Origin: an uncultured Kiritimatiellota bacterium
GTDB taxonomy: Bacteria > Verrucomicrobiota > Kiritimatiellia > RFP12 > UBA1067
Direction of reading: 5' to 3'
Assembly (NCBI GenBank): GCA_934667425.1
Contig: CAKULV010000009.1
Coordinates: 5,350-69,349 of the forward strand
Length of the DNA: 64,000 nucleotides
The notes below the pieces were generated by a model. That model did no database searches, was not told where the DNA came from, and was given only the letters and a program-made list of their open reading frames with translations. Made by a program: the position numbers and the translations under genes. Below, one piece after another: positions 25,607 through 34,657 of this stretch (its first letter is position 1; the number at the start of each line of letters is the position of its first letter).

Positions 25607-28600
25607 TCAGCGGACAACAATGGCCGTGCCGCGCCGCGCCTTCAGAGCGAGCGTCTTGCCGTCGTCAAGAAGGCGCAGGAGCCAGTTTGCGCTGGAAAGC
25701 TCCGGCAATGCTCCGCCAAAGCCGTCCGCTGCGGTCGCAAGCACGTATGGAGCCTTTTCCCGGTCAAGGTCATCCAGATTCTCAACCGTGACCTCGGCCC
25801 CGTCCCCAAAGACGAAGCGTCCGTTGATGGCGACCGGATCTGCCGCCGCCGCTACGCGCAGTTCACCCGTGAGGGTGTAGACGCCCCCAAGCAGATCAAG
25901 CGTCGTGCCGGACGCCATGCGGAGCGTGGCGAAAGTCGGCATCGTTGACCCGTCATATGGGTTCACGGTAGCGAGGCATCCGTCGCCAGAGTCCTTCAAT
26001 GGCACGTAGACGCCTACGTCCGTTGAATTCCGTCCCTGCGGATCGTATGCAAGGCCGACCACGTCCTTCCGGCTCGCACCTCCGTTGCCACCGGCGTTCC
26101 AGAGCTGGAGCAGGAACTTGTGCGCTCCCGGCGACAGCGTGACGGACATCCGGCGAAGCTCTCCCCATGTGGTGGAACCTTCCTTCTTGAGCTCTACCCC
26201 ATCCACGAAGATGTTCAGTACGTCGTCAAAGGCAAATGCGAAAGTCCAAGTGCAGTCCTCCGTCCCGCGGTTCCATATGTATCCCGAATACGAGACGTAG
26301 TGGTACGGCTGGAAATATCCGCCTGACACGCACGGTTCGTATGCATGGGATGGCTCAAGGTCGACCCCGCCATCCGTAAGCGCAACCTTATGGCTGTATT
26401 CCGTGGTGGCCTCGCCTTCGGCGTACTTGCGTTCGCCCCACAGGAACCCCGGCTTGAGGGCAGGCAGCTGAAGGGTGCCGCCCTGCACGTCAACCATTCC
26501 CGAAACGGACACAGGGGCATTGAGGAGGAACGTGCCGTCGCCTGTCTTGACGAGCGACGCCATCGTACCGCCAACATTCTCGACGGCCCCGGACGTCGCA
26601 GTCACCGCGCCGAAGTCGCGGGCAAATCCGCCGAAATCGATTGCGCCGCCGGCGACCTCTATCTGGGAGCCGGCGGGTATGGCATTCTCGTGGACAACCT
26701 TCAGGGTGCCGCCCTCCACGCGTGTGGCGCCGCCGTACGTGTTCGCGGCCTTCAGCGACAAGGTGCCGTCTCCCAGTTTCACAAGACCGCCCGAAGCCTG
26801 CTTATCGTCCGTCAGCGTCACGGTGAGCGGCACGTCGTTCGTGTATCCGCCACGGGTGAGGAGCGCGTTCATCGTGGTGTAGCCAAAGCCCGGCGATGTG
26901 ACGGTGAAGCCCGTGACGCGGTTGTTCACGGAATCGAATTCGGCGACGGCTGACGCCCCCTCGCCATCGCCACTGATCTCGACCATAGGTGCGCCAACCC
27001 ACGTGCCGTCCGCATACTCCGACCCTTCCGGGAACGCAAGCGACTTGAGGCCGCGTCCTGCCGGCGCATTGATCGGATGGTCGAGATTAACGTTGAGTCC
27101 AGACGTATCGAACTTCGCGCCGCCGGCGAACGCCGTCAGGGTAAGACGTTCAGGATCGCCGAAGAAGAAGCTCTCCGCCTTGTACGCGGCATAGTCCTTC
27201 TTCTTTGACCCGTGCCGATACTTGAGGATGCCGCCATCGAGGTTGACCCACGCCTTGTTCCCGTCGATTGCCTTGTTTTCGCCAACTCCCACGATCGTCT
27301 GCGCCTCGTTCGTCACGAGCTGTACCCAGTACGTCTCCAGGGAGCCGCCCGTGCGCAGGTTGAGGATCGTCTTCGCATTCGGCGCGGCCGCCATGTCAAG
27401 CCCGCAGTCGAGCTTCGCCTTGCCGCCCGCGAACGTAATCACATCCTCGTTCGCCCCGTACGAAAAGCCCTCGTACAGCGTCTTGCCTGATGTGATCCCT
27501 TCCCAGCTCTCTAATGCGCCGCCTGTCTGGTAGAATACGCTCTTTGCGCAGGCTGCCTTGCCTGAATGCATCCCGAACGTGATCGCCGAATTCTTAGACA
27601 GCACTTTCCCTCCCCTCACGTACCAGACCCCTCTTCCGTAACTCCCGCCGCCAGGCATGAACTGTCCAAGGATCATGAGACTGCCGCCCTGGTTCTCCAT
27701 GTAGCCGCTTCCGCCATTGCCGATATAGTTGTAGACGTACCTTGGATACGCAGTAGTTCCACCAGTGGAAAACACGGTCAGATCTCCACCGCGCTGTATT
27801 ACCGAACCATGGCAAGTCCTCTTGATGCTGTTGGGGCCGGTGACGACGCCAACCTGCAGCAATCCCGTAACGCACGCGCCTTCGCCTATCTCCAACACGC
27901 CCCGGCCTCCGCCCCATGTCGGGATCTCGGCAGACTCAACCGTTGCCTTGCGGGCCGGCCCTACGCAGATTACGCCGTCAAGCTTGCTCGCCTCGTTCGT
28001 GCCCCTCCCGGTCCAGTTCGTCGTGACGAGGGTGTCCGTTATTCGGAGTTTCGCGACTGCCGGGTACTGCGCCCCTACGTCAAGCCTGTTCGTCCCGAAC
28101 TCGACCTGTCCGGCGGACGCCCAATCCAGCGTGGAATCGCCAGTCACCAGCACGTCCGTGAAGGAGTGCTTCCTGTCCGCACCCGTCATCTTCACGTAGC
28201 CCTCGCGCTGGTAGTACTTTACGTCGTCCTGGTTGCCTGTAAGCGCGATCGCGCCTGTGCCTCCGACGGAGAGGCTGCGCCAGCCGCCGTTCCAGTCCGC
28301 ATCCACGGCAAGCGGTTCAGCCGCATCGCCATCAAGCGGAGAGAGAAGTATCTGAAGGTATTGGTTTTCCATGTGCGAGCAAAGTGCATCCCACGCCGCC
28401 ACCCGTGCGCTGGCGTCATCGGACGAAGACATGAGGACGTGCAGCCTCATCCCGTCGGAGTTTGACGCAACGTTTCCCCTTACATCGACAGGCCCGCCGA
28501 ACGACCAGCACTTGTTGGCGCCGCCTATGATCCTGCAGCCGTTCTCCGTAATCGTGACAGGCCCGTCGATCCGTGCCGCCGCCGTTTCGGGGGTTCCGCC

Positions 28601-29470
28601 GGACGCCGCCATCTGTTCGCTCAAAGTGCCGCCATCCAGCACAACGCCCCACGCGAGCGCAGGCGCGAACCTCTGTGAAGACAGGGTAGCGCCTTTACGG
28701 ACGGTGATGGCATTCTCGGAAGATCCGCCCATGATGACGTTTTGTCCCTCAAGGTAAAGGAATGCCGCAGTCCCCATGTTCGTCACGGTGATGTTTCCGG
28801 GGTTTTCAACCGTCACGCCAAGCATGCCGAATCCGCAAGCGATCTCAAGATTGTGGCCTTTCATGTCCAGCTTGCCCTGCCCCCCGCGAATGTCCCACCG
28901 GCGGAACACCCAATTGCCATTGGAGTTCTGATAGGCGACGCCTCCAAAGCGCGTATCGCCCGTCAGCGTGACGTTCTCGAACACCGCCCGCCACTGATCC
29001 TTTACGGTGCCGACATGGCGGAGCGCGCCCTCGCCGTTCATGCCCGTGCCGCATACGGATATGGCCCGCTTGCCGAAACGCAGATCCTCCGCGTCCGCGC
29101 CGAACTCCAGGGTCGCACCGTCCGACACAACGACAGCGCCTCTGTCGGCGTCGCCGAGCGCATTGGCGGCAAGACAGCGCAGATACCCGCCCTCAACGCG
29201 AATCGATCCCTTGTATCCGGCAAGAGACCTGCCGATGATGAAGCGGCCTTCGCCACGCTTGACGACATCCTCGCCCGAAGCGATGATCGCATTGGCCTCC
29301 TCGTCTGTCAACGTGCGGTCAACGCCGGCGTCTACAGTCACCTCCAGGGCCGAGGCCCCGCATGCGGCCATGCAGGCGAACGCAACGGACAGCGCAAGCC
29401 GCCCCCAAAGCGAACGCTCGATTCCGCCACTCAACGCACGCCTCTCCGTTTTTGTCCATTTTCCACTCAT
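25607..29470 (-). CDS. Giant secreted protein with autotransporter-associated beta-strand repeats (PATR) and a PA14-like domain near the C-terminus
   Basis: 1287 aa with a signal peptide. Repeated G-rich beta-helix-type repeats, e.g. NTYGGATRVEGGTLKV. PA14-like segment GYIWNRGTEDCTWTFAFAFDDVLNIFVDGVEL. Confidence 0.88.
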   Translation of the reverse strand: MSGKWTKTERRALSGGIERSLWGRLALSVAFACMAACGASALEVTVDAGVDRTLTDEEANAIIASGEDVVKRGEGRFIIGRSLAGYKGSIRVEGGYLRCLAANALGDADRGAVVVSDGATLEFGADAEDLRFGKRAISVCGTGMNGEGALRHVGTVKDQWRAVFENVTLTGDTRFGGVAYQNSNGNWVFRRWDIRGGQGKLDMKGHNLEIACGFGMLGVTVENPGNITVTNMGTAAFLYLEGQNVIMGGSSENAITVRKGATLSSQRFAPALAWGVVLDGGTLSEQMAASGGTPETAAARIDGPVTITENGCRIIGGANKCWSFGGPVDVRGNVASNSDGMRLHVLMSSSDDASARVAAWDALCSHMENQYLQILLSPLDGDAAEPLAVDADWNGGWRSLSVGGTGAIALTGNQDDVKYYQREGYVKMTGADRKHSFTDVLVTGDSTLDWASAGQVEFGTNRLDVGAQYPAVAKLRITDTLVTTNWTGRGTNEASKLDGVICVGPARKATVESAEIPTWGGGRGVLEIGEGACVTGLLQVGVVTGPNSIKRTCHGSVIQRGGDLTVFSTGGTTAYPRYVYNYIGNGGSGYMENQGGSLMILGQFMPGGGSYGRGVWYVRGGKVLSKNSAITFGMHSGKAACAKSVFYQTGGALESWEGITSGKTLYEGFSYGANEDVITFAGGKAKLDCGLDMAAAPNAKTILNLRTGGSLETYWVQLVTNEAQTIVGVGENKAIDGNKAWVNLDGGILKYRHGSKKKDYAAYKAESFFFGDPERLTLTAFAGGAKFDTSGLNVNLDHPINAPAGRGLKSLAFPEGSEYADGTWVGAPMVEISGDGEGASAVAEFDSVNNRVTGFTVTSPGFGYTTMNALLTRGGYTNDVPLTVTLTDDKQASGGLVKLGDGTLSLKAANTYGGATRVEGGTLKVVHENAIPAGSQIEVAGGAIDFGGFARDFGAVTATSGAVENVGGTMASLVKTGDGTFLLNAPVSVSGMVDVQGGTLQLPALKPGFLWGERKYAEGEATTEYSHKVALTDGGVDLEPSHAYEPCVSGGYFQPYHYVSYSGYIWNRGTEDCTWTFAFAFDDVLNIFVDGVELKKEGSTTWGELRRMSVTLSPGAHKFLLQLWNAGGNGGASRKDVVGLAYDPQGRNSTDVGVYVPLKDSGDGCLATVNPYDGSTMPTFATLRMASGTTLDLLGGVYTLTGELRVAAAADPVAINGRFVFGDGAEVTVENLDDLDREKAPYVLATAADGFGGALPELSSANWLLRLLDDGKTLALKARRGTAIVVR

Positions 29471-29505
29471 GGCAAGCCCTCCATTCCCTCAAAAAACATT
29501 AACGT

Positions 29506-29533
29506 ATGATATATGGTTTTCTTTTTGTGTCAA
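29506..29533 (-). promoter_or_regulatory. Sigma70-type promoter TTGACA-N16-TATCAT for the PATR/PA14 gene
   Basis: Minus strand: TTGACA (29528-29533), a 16-nt spacer, then TATCAT (29506-29511). GGAGGG SD lies before the ATG at 29470. Confidence 0.6.
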
Positions 29534-29639
29534 CACCAAGTTCTTGCCGATACGCAAATGGTGCTTACGGAGTTTGGGGAATATCCCAACTGCCGTTTTT
29601 AGATGCAATTGCAAAACCTTCGCGATTAGGTAAAACCGC

Positions 29640-30206
29640 TCAAGACAACCGTTCAAGGGCCTTTGACGACGCTTCCGCGATTGCCCCGAACAGCGATCTT
29701 CCGTGCGCATCCATGGCGACCACGCACGGGAACGCCTCCATGCGGAACGCCCAGCACGCCTCAGCCGCGCCCCATTCCTCAAGGAAATGCACTCCGCACA
29801 CATCCTTCACGCAGTCCGCAGTAAGCGCCGCCGCGCCGCCGACCGCCTGGAGATACACGCAGCCATACTTTTCGCAGGCGGCGAGGGTCGCCCCGTCCAT
29901 GCCGCCCTTCCCGATTATGAGGCGCACCCCGCTTTCGCGTATGAAGTCCGGCTCGTACGGGTTCTCCCGCACGCTCGTGGTCGGGCCCGCCGCCACCACC
30001 TTCCATTTGCCGCCCTTCTCGACGACAACGGGGCCGCAATGGAACAGCGCGCCATTCCTGAAATCAACCGGGATCCGCCCCCCATCCGCGAAATGCTTGT
30101 GGAACCTGTCGCGCCCCGTGTATACAACGCCGGACACCAGCACCGTATCCCCGGCGACGAGTCCGCGCACATCCTTTTCCGTGAACGGATAAGCAAGCCT
30201 CTTCAC
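29640..30206 (-). CDS. Class I (Fe-S) fumarate hydratase / tartrate dehydratase-type hydro-lyase, beta subunit
   Basis: YTGRDRFHKHF, IIGKGGM. I prefer the GTG start at 30204-30206, preceded by GGGAGG and overlapping the alpha subunit stop (GTGA). Confidence 0.85.
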   Translation of the reverse strand: MKRLAYPFTEKDVRGLVAGDTVLVSGVVYTGRDRFHKHFADGGRIPVDFRNGALFHCGPVVVEKGGKWKVVAAGPTTSVRENPYEPDFIRESGVRLIIGKGGMDGATLAACEKYGCVYLQAVGGAAALTADCVKDVCGVHFLEEWGAAEACWAFRMEAFPCVVAMDAHGRSLFGAIAEASSKALERLS

Positions 30207-31063
30207 GACGCGACCTCCCTGCCAAACCTGATAGTACGCCTGCGCAACGCCCAGCACATGTACGCGACAGTGACGAAGAAACTCGCCGGGACGCGAGGCC
30301 GGCTCCCGATCTTCACGCCCAAAAGCGTTGTCTTGCCGCCAAGCCCCATCGGACCTATGCCAAGGGAATTCGCCTCCTTGAGCAGTCGTTCCTCAAGCCC
30401 GGCGAGTTCGCCGCACGGATTCCTGTCCCCGAGGGCGCGGAGCAGCTGATGCTTCGCCTCCTCGAAGCCGCCCGCGCGGTCTCCGCCAACGCATACTCCG
30501 AGGATTCCCGGCGCACAGCCGTATCCCTGCGCCCTGTGGACGGCGTCAAGCACGCACTTCCGCACCCCCTCAAGATCTCGCCCGGCGCCGATCGATGCAT
30601 CCGGCAGGGAATACTGCCGGCTCATGTTCTCCGAGCCGCCCCCCTTCATCAGCAACGTGACGGCCGGGGCTGATTTCACGCCATCTGCGGAAATGTAGTG
30701 GATCACCGGCGCACCATCGCAGACATTCGAATCCACCGATGCCCCGGTGACGGAATCTATCGTATTGCGCCGCAGCCATCCCATCCCGGTGGCATGGACT
30801 ACGGCATCCTTTATCACCGAGGGCGTCACTTTGCTGCGCAATCGCTCATCGACGAAGAACGTGAGGGTGCCGGTATCCTGGCACATCGGGGTGCCATTGC
30901 GCCGCGCAAGCCCGGCGTTCTGAAGAAGCGTCCCGAGGATCATGCGGGCGGAAGAGCCCTTCGCCTCGCGGAGCGATGCCGCCTTCAGCGCGTCAAGGAC
31001 GTCTTTCGAGAGCGAACTCGACGTCCTGCGTATGAGTGACGCAATCCTTTTTTCGATTTCCAT
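30203..31063 (-). CDS. Class I (Fe-S) fumarate hydratase-type hydro-lyase, alpha subunit
   Basis: PMCQDTGT motif in a 286-aa ORF. The ATG lies 8 nt downstream of TGGTATAAT. Confidence 0.88.
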   Translation of the reverse strand: MEIEKRIASLIRRTSSSLSKDVLDALKAASLREAKGSSARMILGTLLQNAGLARRNGTPMCQDTGTLTFFVDERLRSKVTPSVIKDAVVHATGMGWLRRNTIDSVTGASVDSNVCDGAPVIHYISADGVKSAPAVTLLMKGGGSENMSRQYSLPDASIGAGRDLEGVRKCVLDAVHRAQGYGCAPGILGVCVGGDRAGGFEEAKHQLLRALGDRNPCGELAGLEERLLKEANSLGIGPMGLGGKTTLLGVKIGSRPRVPASFFVTVAYMCWALRRRTIRFGREVAS

Positions 31064-31071
31064 GGCTGGGC

Positions 31072-31080
31072 ATTATACCA
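31072..31080 (-). promoter_or_regulatory. Extended -10 promoter TGGTATAAT, 8 nt upstream of the ATG
   Basis: Minus strand reads TGGTATAAT-gcccagcc-ATG (ATG at 31063). Confidence 0.6.
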
Positions 31081-31101
31081 AAGATTGCGGCATGCGCGAG
31101 G

Positions 31102-32328
31102 TCACTCGTACCTAAGGCAATCTATCGGATTGAGCTTAGAGGCGCGGTATGCCGGATAGAACCCGAAGAACAGGCCGACGAGCGACGAGAAGAGGAATGC
31201 GCCGAACGCGCTCGACCACTCGATGAGGATTGGCCAGTTCTGCAGGTTGCCGATCAGCTTCGCGCCGCCCACCCCGACGGCCACGCCTATCGCCCCGCCC
31301 ACGGTGGAGAGCACCATCGCCTCAAGTATGAACTGCCAAAGGATGTTCGCCGGGGTCGCCCCGATCGCCATTCGCAGGCCGATCTCCCTGATGCGCTCCG
31401 TCACGGATACGAGCATGATGTTCATTATGCCGATGCCGCCCACAAGGAGGGAGATCGCGGCCACTGCGGTAAGCAGTATCGTCATCAGGTTCGAGACTGA
31501 TCCGATTGTGTTCATGATCTCCGTCGTGTCGCGCGTCTCGAAATCGTCGTCCTGATAGTCCGCAAGCCTGTGCCTCTGCCGGAGCAGCGCCGTTATCTCG
31601 CGCTTCGCCTCGTCAAGGTCGTCCATCGAATACAGCGAGAGGTTCATCATGTTTATCGACTTGAACGTCGATCTCTGCAGCACCCTGCCAACGGTCGTGT
31701 ACGGAGCCATCACGGTATCGTCCTGATCCTGCCCCCACCCGTTCGCGCCCTTCGTGGCAAGTATGCCAACGACCTTGAACGGCATGCCCTTTATGCGGAA
31801 CGTCTTACCGATCGGATCCTCATCCCCGAAAAGGTTCTCCTTCACGGTGTTGCCGATCACGCATACGCGCTGGTACATGCGCTCCTCCTCCTCGGAGAAG
31901 AAGCGGCCCTCGCTTACGCCCCAGTTCCGTATGTCCGGCATATCCGTAGATACGCCACTCACGCGGCTCTGCCAGTTCTTGCCCTGGTATATCATCTGGC
32001 ACGTCACGTTTACCGTAGGCGATACGGCCGCGACAAGGTGCGACAGCTCGCGCTTGATCGCCCTCGCATCCTTGGCGGTCATTGTCTGCCCCTGCCCCAT
32101 TCCAGTGGAGACGGCATTGCGGTTGCGCCTCTCCGGGAACACCATGATGAGGTTGTTGCCCATCGACGATATCTCCTGCACCATCATGGTGGATGCGCCC
32201 TTGCCTATCGCGAGAACGGCGATGACGGCGGCGATGCCCACGATGATGCCGAGGCACGTGAGGAGGGAGCGCGTCTTGTTACGCACGATCGCAAGCAATG
32301 CGACCTTGAATATCATCAGGAAATTCAT
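31102..32328 (-). CDS. MacB/FtsX-family ABC transporter permease
   Basis: 408 aa. N-terminal TM, large periplasmic domain, and a C-terminal FtsX-type 3-TM bundle ending FYPAYRASKLNPIDCLRYE. Confidence 0.88.
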   Translation of the reverse strand: MNFLMIFKVALLAIVRNKTRSLLTCLGIIVGIAAVIAVLAIGKGASTMMVQEISSMGNNLIMVFPERRNRNAVSTGMGQGQTMTAKDARAIKRELSHLVAAVSPTVNVTCQMIYQGKNWQSRVSGVSTDMPDIRNWGVSEGRFFSEEEERMYQRVCVIGNTVKENLFGDEDPIGKTFRIKGMPFKVVGILATKGANGWGQDQDDTVMAPYTTVGRVLQRSTFKSINMMNLSLYSMDDLDEAKREITALLRQRHRLADYQDDDFETRDTTEIMNTIGSVSNLMTILLTAVAAISLLVGGIGIMNIMLVSVTERIREIGLRMAIGATPANILWQFILEAMVLSTVGGAIGVAVGVGGAKLIGNLQNWPILIEWSSAFGAFLFSSLVGLFFGFYPAYRASKLNPIDCLRYE

Positions 32329-33029
32329 GCCGCCCGCTCGTCCTTGACAAGGTGTCCGTCACGCATCACGAGATGGCGCTTCGCGTATGCCGCGATGTCT
32401 TCCTCGTGCGTCACCATCACTATGGTTATGCCCTCGTTGGACAGTTCCGTGAAGAGGTTCATTATCTCCACCGACGATTTCGTGTCAAGGTTGCCGGTAG
32501 GCTCGTCCGCGAACAGCACCGGCGGCTCGTTCATCAGCGCGCGCGCGATGGCGACGCGCTGCTGCTGCCCGCCGGAGAGTTCCGCCGGTGTGTGGGTGCC
32601 GCGTCCGCCAAGCCCGACTCGCCTGAGCAGCTCGACCGCGCGCCGCCGCCTCTGCGAGCGGGAGAGGCGGCCGAGGTATATGTCGGGAAGCTCCACATTC
32701 TCGATCGCGCTCGTGCGCGGCAGGAGGTTGAAGTTCTGGAACACGAAACCGAGCTTCCTGTTGCGGATTATCGCGAGTTCGCGCCTGGTGCGCCTGGCGA
32801 CCTCAACGCCGTCCAGCAGATAGCTGCCGGATGTCGGCACGTCGAGGCACCCCAGTATGTTGAGCATCGTCGACTTTCCGGAGCCGGAGGCCCCCATGAT
32901 GGCAACGAACTCCCCGTTGTCAATCTTGAGCGAAACCCCGTCCAGCGCCGCCACAGGCTCCTCGCCGGCGGAATATATCTTCCTGAGGTCCCTTATCTCT
33001 ATCAAGCTGCTCACTGCGTCTCCAGGCAA
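32325..33029 (-). CDS. ABC transporter ATP-binding protein (MacB/LolD type)
   Basis: Walker A GASGSGKST, signature LSGGQQQRVAIARAL, Walker B LFADEPTGNLD. The track start at 33029 is a TTG; a GTG at 33014 is an alternative. Confidence 0.9.
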   Translation of the reverse strand: MPGDAVSSLIEIRDLRKIYSAGEEPVAALDGVSLKIDNGEFVAIMGASGSGKSTMLNILGCLDVPTSGSYLLDGVEVARRTRRELAIIRNRKLGFVFQNFNLLPRTSAIENVELPDIYLGRLSRSQRRRRAVELLRRVGLGGRGTHTPAELSGGQQQRVAIARALMNEPPVLFADEPTGNLDTKSSVEIMNLFTELSNEGITIVMVTHEEDIAAYAKRHLVMRDGHLVKDERAA

Positions 33030-33032
33030 TGG

Positions 33033-33743
33033 CTATGCCACGGCGGCCGCATCCATCTCGGCGCATATCGCGCGGGCCGCCGCCGCCGGATCTGGCGCAC
33101 CGAGTATCGGACGCCCCACGACGAGGTGCGTCGCGCCGTCCCTCACGGCGTCTGCGGGCGTGGCAACCCTCTTCTGGTCGCCTACGGACGATCCGGCCGG
33201 ACGCACGCCCGGCGTGACAAAGAGCGTTCCCGCCTTGAGCATCTTCGACAGTTCGCCCACTTCCTTCGGCGAACACACGAGCCCGTCCGCACCGTTCGCC
33301 GTGGCGAACGACGCCATCGCCTTCACCTGATCCGCCGGTGAGCGCCCCTGGATCCCGATGTCCTCAAGGTCACTCCGGTCAAGCGATGTAAGCACCGTAA
33401 CGGCAAGTATCCCCGGCGCCGCCTCTCCGAACTCCGCTGCGGCATCGTGCGCGGCGGCGATCATCGCCTTGCCGCCAACCGAATGGATGGTCATGAGGTC
33501 AACCCCAAGTCTGCCGCCCGACCTCACGGCGCGTTCCACGGTGCGCGGGATGTCATGGAACTTCAGGTCGAGGAACACCTTCTTGCCGAGATCCTTCACT
33601 GCCTTCACCACGTCAGGTCCCTCCGCAGTGTAAAGCTCCAGCCCTATCTTGTAGAAGCCCACGGCATCGCCGATGAGCCTGATCTTCTCGACCGCCTCGG
33701 CCCGCGTCTGGACATCCAAAGCCACAATGAGTTCCGCCATCAT
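33033..33743 (-). CDS. pyrF: Orotidine 5'-phosphate decarboxylase
   Basis: LIVALDV, FYKIGLEL and FLDLKFHDIPRTV motifs in a 236-aa ORF. Confidence 0.92.
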   Translation of the reverse strand: MMAELIVALDVQTRAEAVEKIRLIGDAVGFYKIGLELYTAEGPDVVKAVKDLGKKVFLDLKFHDIPRTVERAVRSGGRLGVDLMTIHSVGGKAMIAAAHDAAAEFGEAAPGILAVTVLTSLDRSDLEDIGIQGRSPADQVKAMASFATANGADGLVCSPKEVGELSKMLKAGTLFVTPGVRPAGSSVGDQKRVATPADAVRDGATHLVVGRPILGAPDPAAAARAICAEMDAAAVA

Positions 33744-33774
33744 CCATTCCTTTCACATACGAAAATTTCGCGTA

Positions 33775-33783
33775 ATTATAGCA
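33775..33783 (-). promoter_or_regulatory. Extended -10 box TGCTATAAT upstream of pyrF (leadered, about 31 nt to the ATG)
   Basis: Minus strand reads TGCTATAAT, followed by GAAAGGAATGG and then ATGATG. Confidence 0.5.
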
Positions 33784-33802
33784 CAGAAGCCGCTGAGTGA
33801 GA

Positions 33803-34453
33803 TCAGGGTTCTTCGGGCTTCAGGTACCGCAGCAATTCGTCGAAGCGGTTGATCTTCACGGTATAGCGGCTTTCGCGCAGATGGCCGAAGCCGAACGTGC
33901 AGAACGCGGTCTTTACGCCTGCCGCAAATCCGCTATCCATGTCTGTCCAATTGTCGCCCACCATCCAGTCGTGAGACGAGAGCCTGTGCCCCCCCATTCG
34001 CGACGCGCATTCGCGCAGCGGCATGCCCGAGGGCTTCATCTCGGCGCAATCGCCGCCGGCGATGACCGCATTGCCGAAGTATCGCAGGATTCCGTAGTGC
34101 GCCAGCAGGTCGCGGGCGGCGAAGTTCGGCTTGTTCGTGCTGACGCCCATGAGCCATCCCCGGTCGGCGAGTTCCGCAAGCGTACTCCGCACCCCCGGAT
34201 AAAGCGTCGTCTCATCCGTCATGTGCGCCCGGTAGTTCGCGCTGAACTGTGGCCACAATTCATCGAAACGTCCCGTCACCTCCGGAATGGCGTTCTCCAG
34301 CAGGTGGCGCGCTCCGCAGCCGACGAAGCCGATGACGGCATCCTGGGGCAGAGGCTTCAGCCCGAGATCCACCCGCGTGAAGTTGACCGCGCTCGCGAGA
34401 TCGGCGCGCGAGTCGAAAAGCGTTCCGTCAAGGTCAAAGAATACCGCGTTCAT
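33803..34453 (-). CDS. HAD-superfamily phosphatase (phosphoglycolate phosphatase-like)
   Basis: MNAVFFDLDGTLFDS (DxDGT motif), VSTNKP, and a GDNWTDMDSG-type motif IV. Confidence 0.85.
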   Translation of the reverse strand: MNAVFFDLDGTLFDSRADLASAVNFTRVDLGLKPLPQDAVIGFVGCGARHLLENAIPEVTGRFDELWPQFSANYRAHMTDETTLYPGVRSTLAELADRGWLMGVSTNKPNFAARDLLAHYGILRYFGNAVIAGGDCAEMKPSGMPLRECASRMGGHRLSSHDWMVGDNWTDMDSGFAAGVKTAFCTFGFGHLRESRYTVKINRFDELLRYLKPEEP

Positions 34454-34464
34454 TTCTCAAGTTG

Positions 34465-34510
34465 GTAGGTTTTAGGTTATAGGTTTCAGGTTTTAGGTTT
34501 CAGGTTTCAG
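34465..34510. repeat. Heptamer tandem repeat AGGTTTN x6
   Basis: Sequence aggtttt aggttat aggtttc aggtttt aggtttc aggtttc, starting 13 nt from the HAD gene ATG. Same family as 17361-17392, inverted. Confidence 0.85.
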
Positions 34511-34614
34511 CAGACGCCCAAAAACGCCGGATTCGCGGGAGGGCCGCAATTCATTGCGACCGTTGGCACGACACCTCGGATTCGCCGCCACAAATCATCG
34601 AATGCCTAAATTTT

Positions 34615-34645
34615 AAAATGCAATCGTAAATCGTAAATCGTAAAT
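34615..34645. repeat. AATGCAAT + (CGTAAAT)x3 heptamer repeat, solo copy of the 58.1-58.4 kb arm motif
   Basis: aaaatgcaatcgtaaatcgtaaatcgtaaat, lying 13 nt from the tsaD stop. Near-identical to 58337-58372. Confidence 0.85.
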
Positions 34646-34657
34646 TCCCAAAAGGAT

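Noticed and set aside
25017-25620. Track ORFs running through the repeat array (25017..25562 +, 25191..25502 -, 25199..25603 -, 25204..25620 -)
   Set aside because: Their products are Arg/Gly/Pro-rich repeat translations open in several frames at once. Unit lengths (45-49 nt) shift the frame between units. The minus-strand 103-aa ORF does start after a GGAGG and ends in an ATGA overlap with the GH5-like start, which I note as a curiosity, but its composition argues against a real protein.
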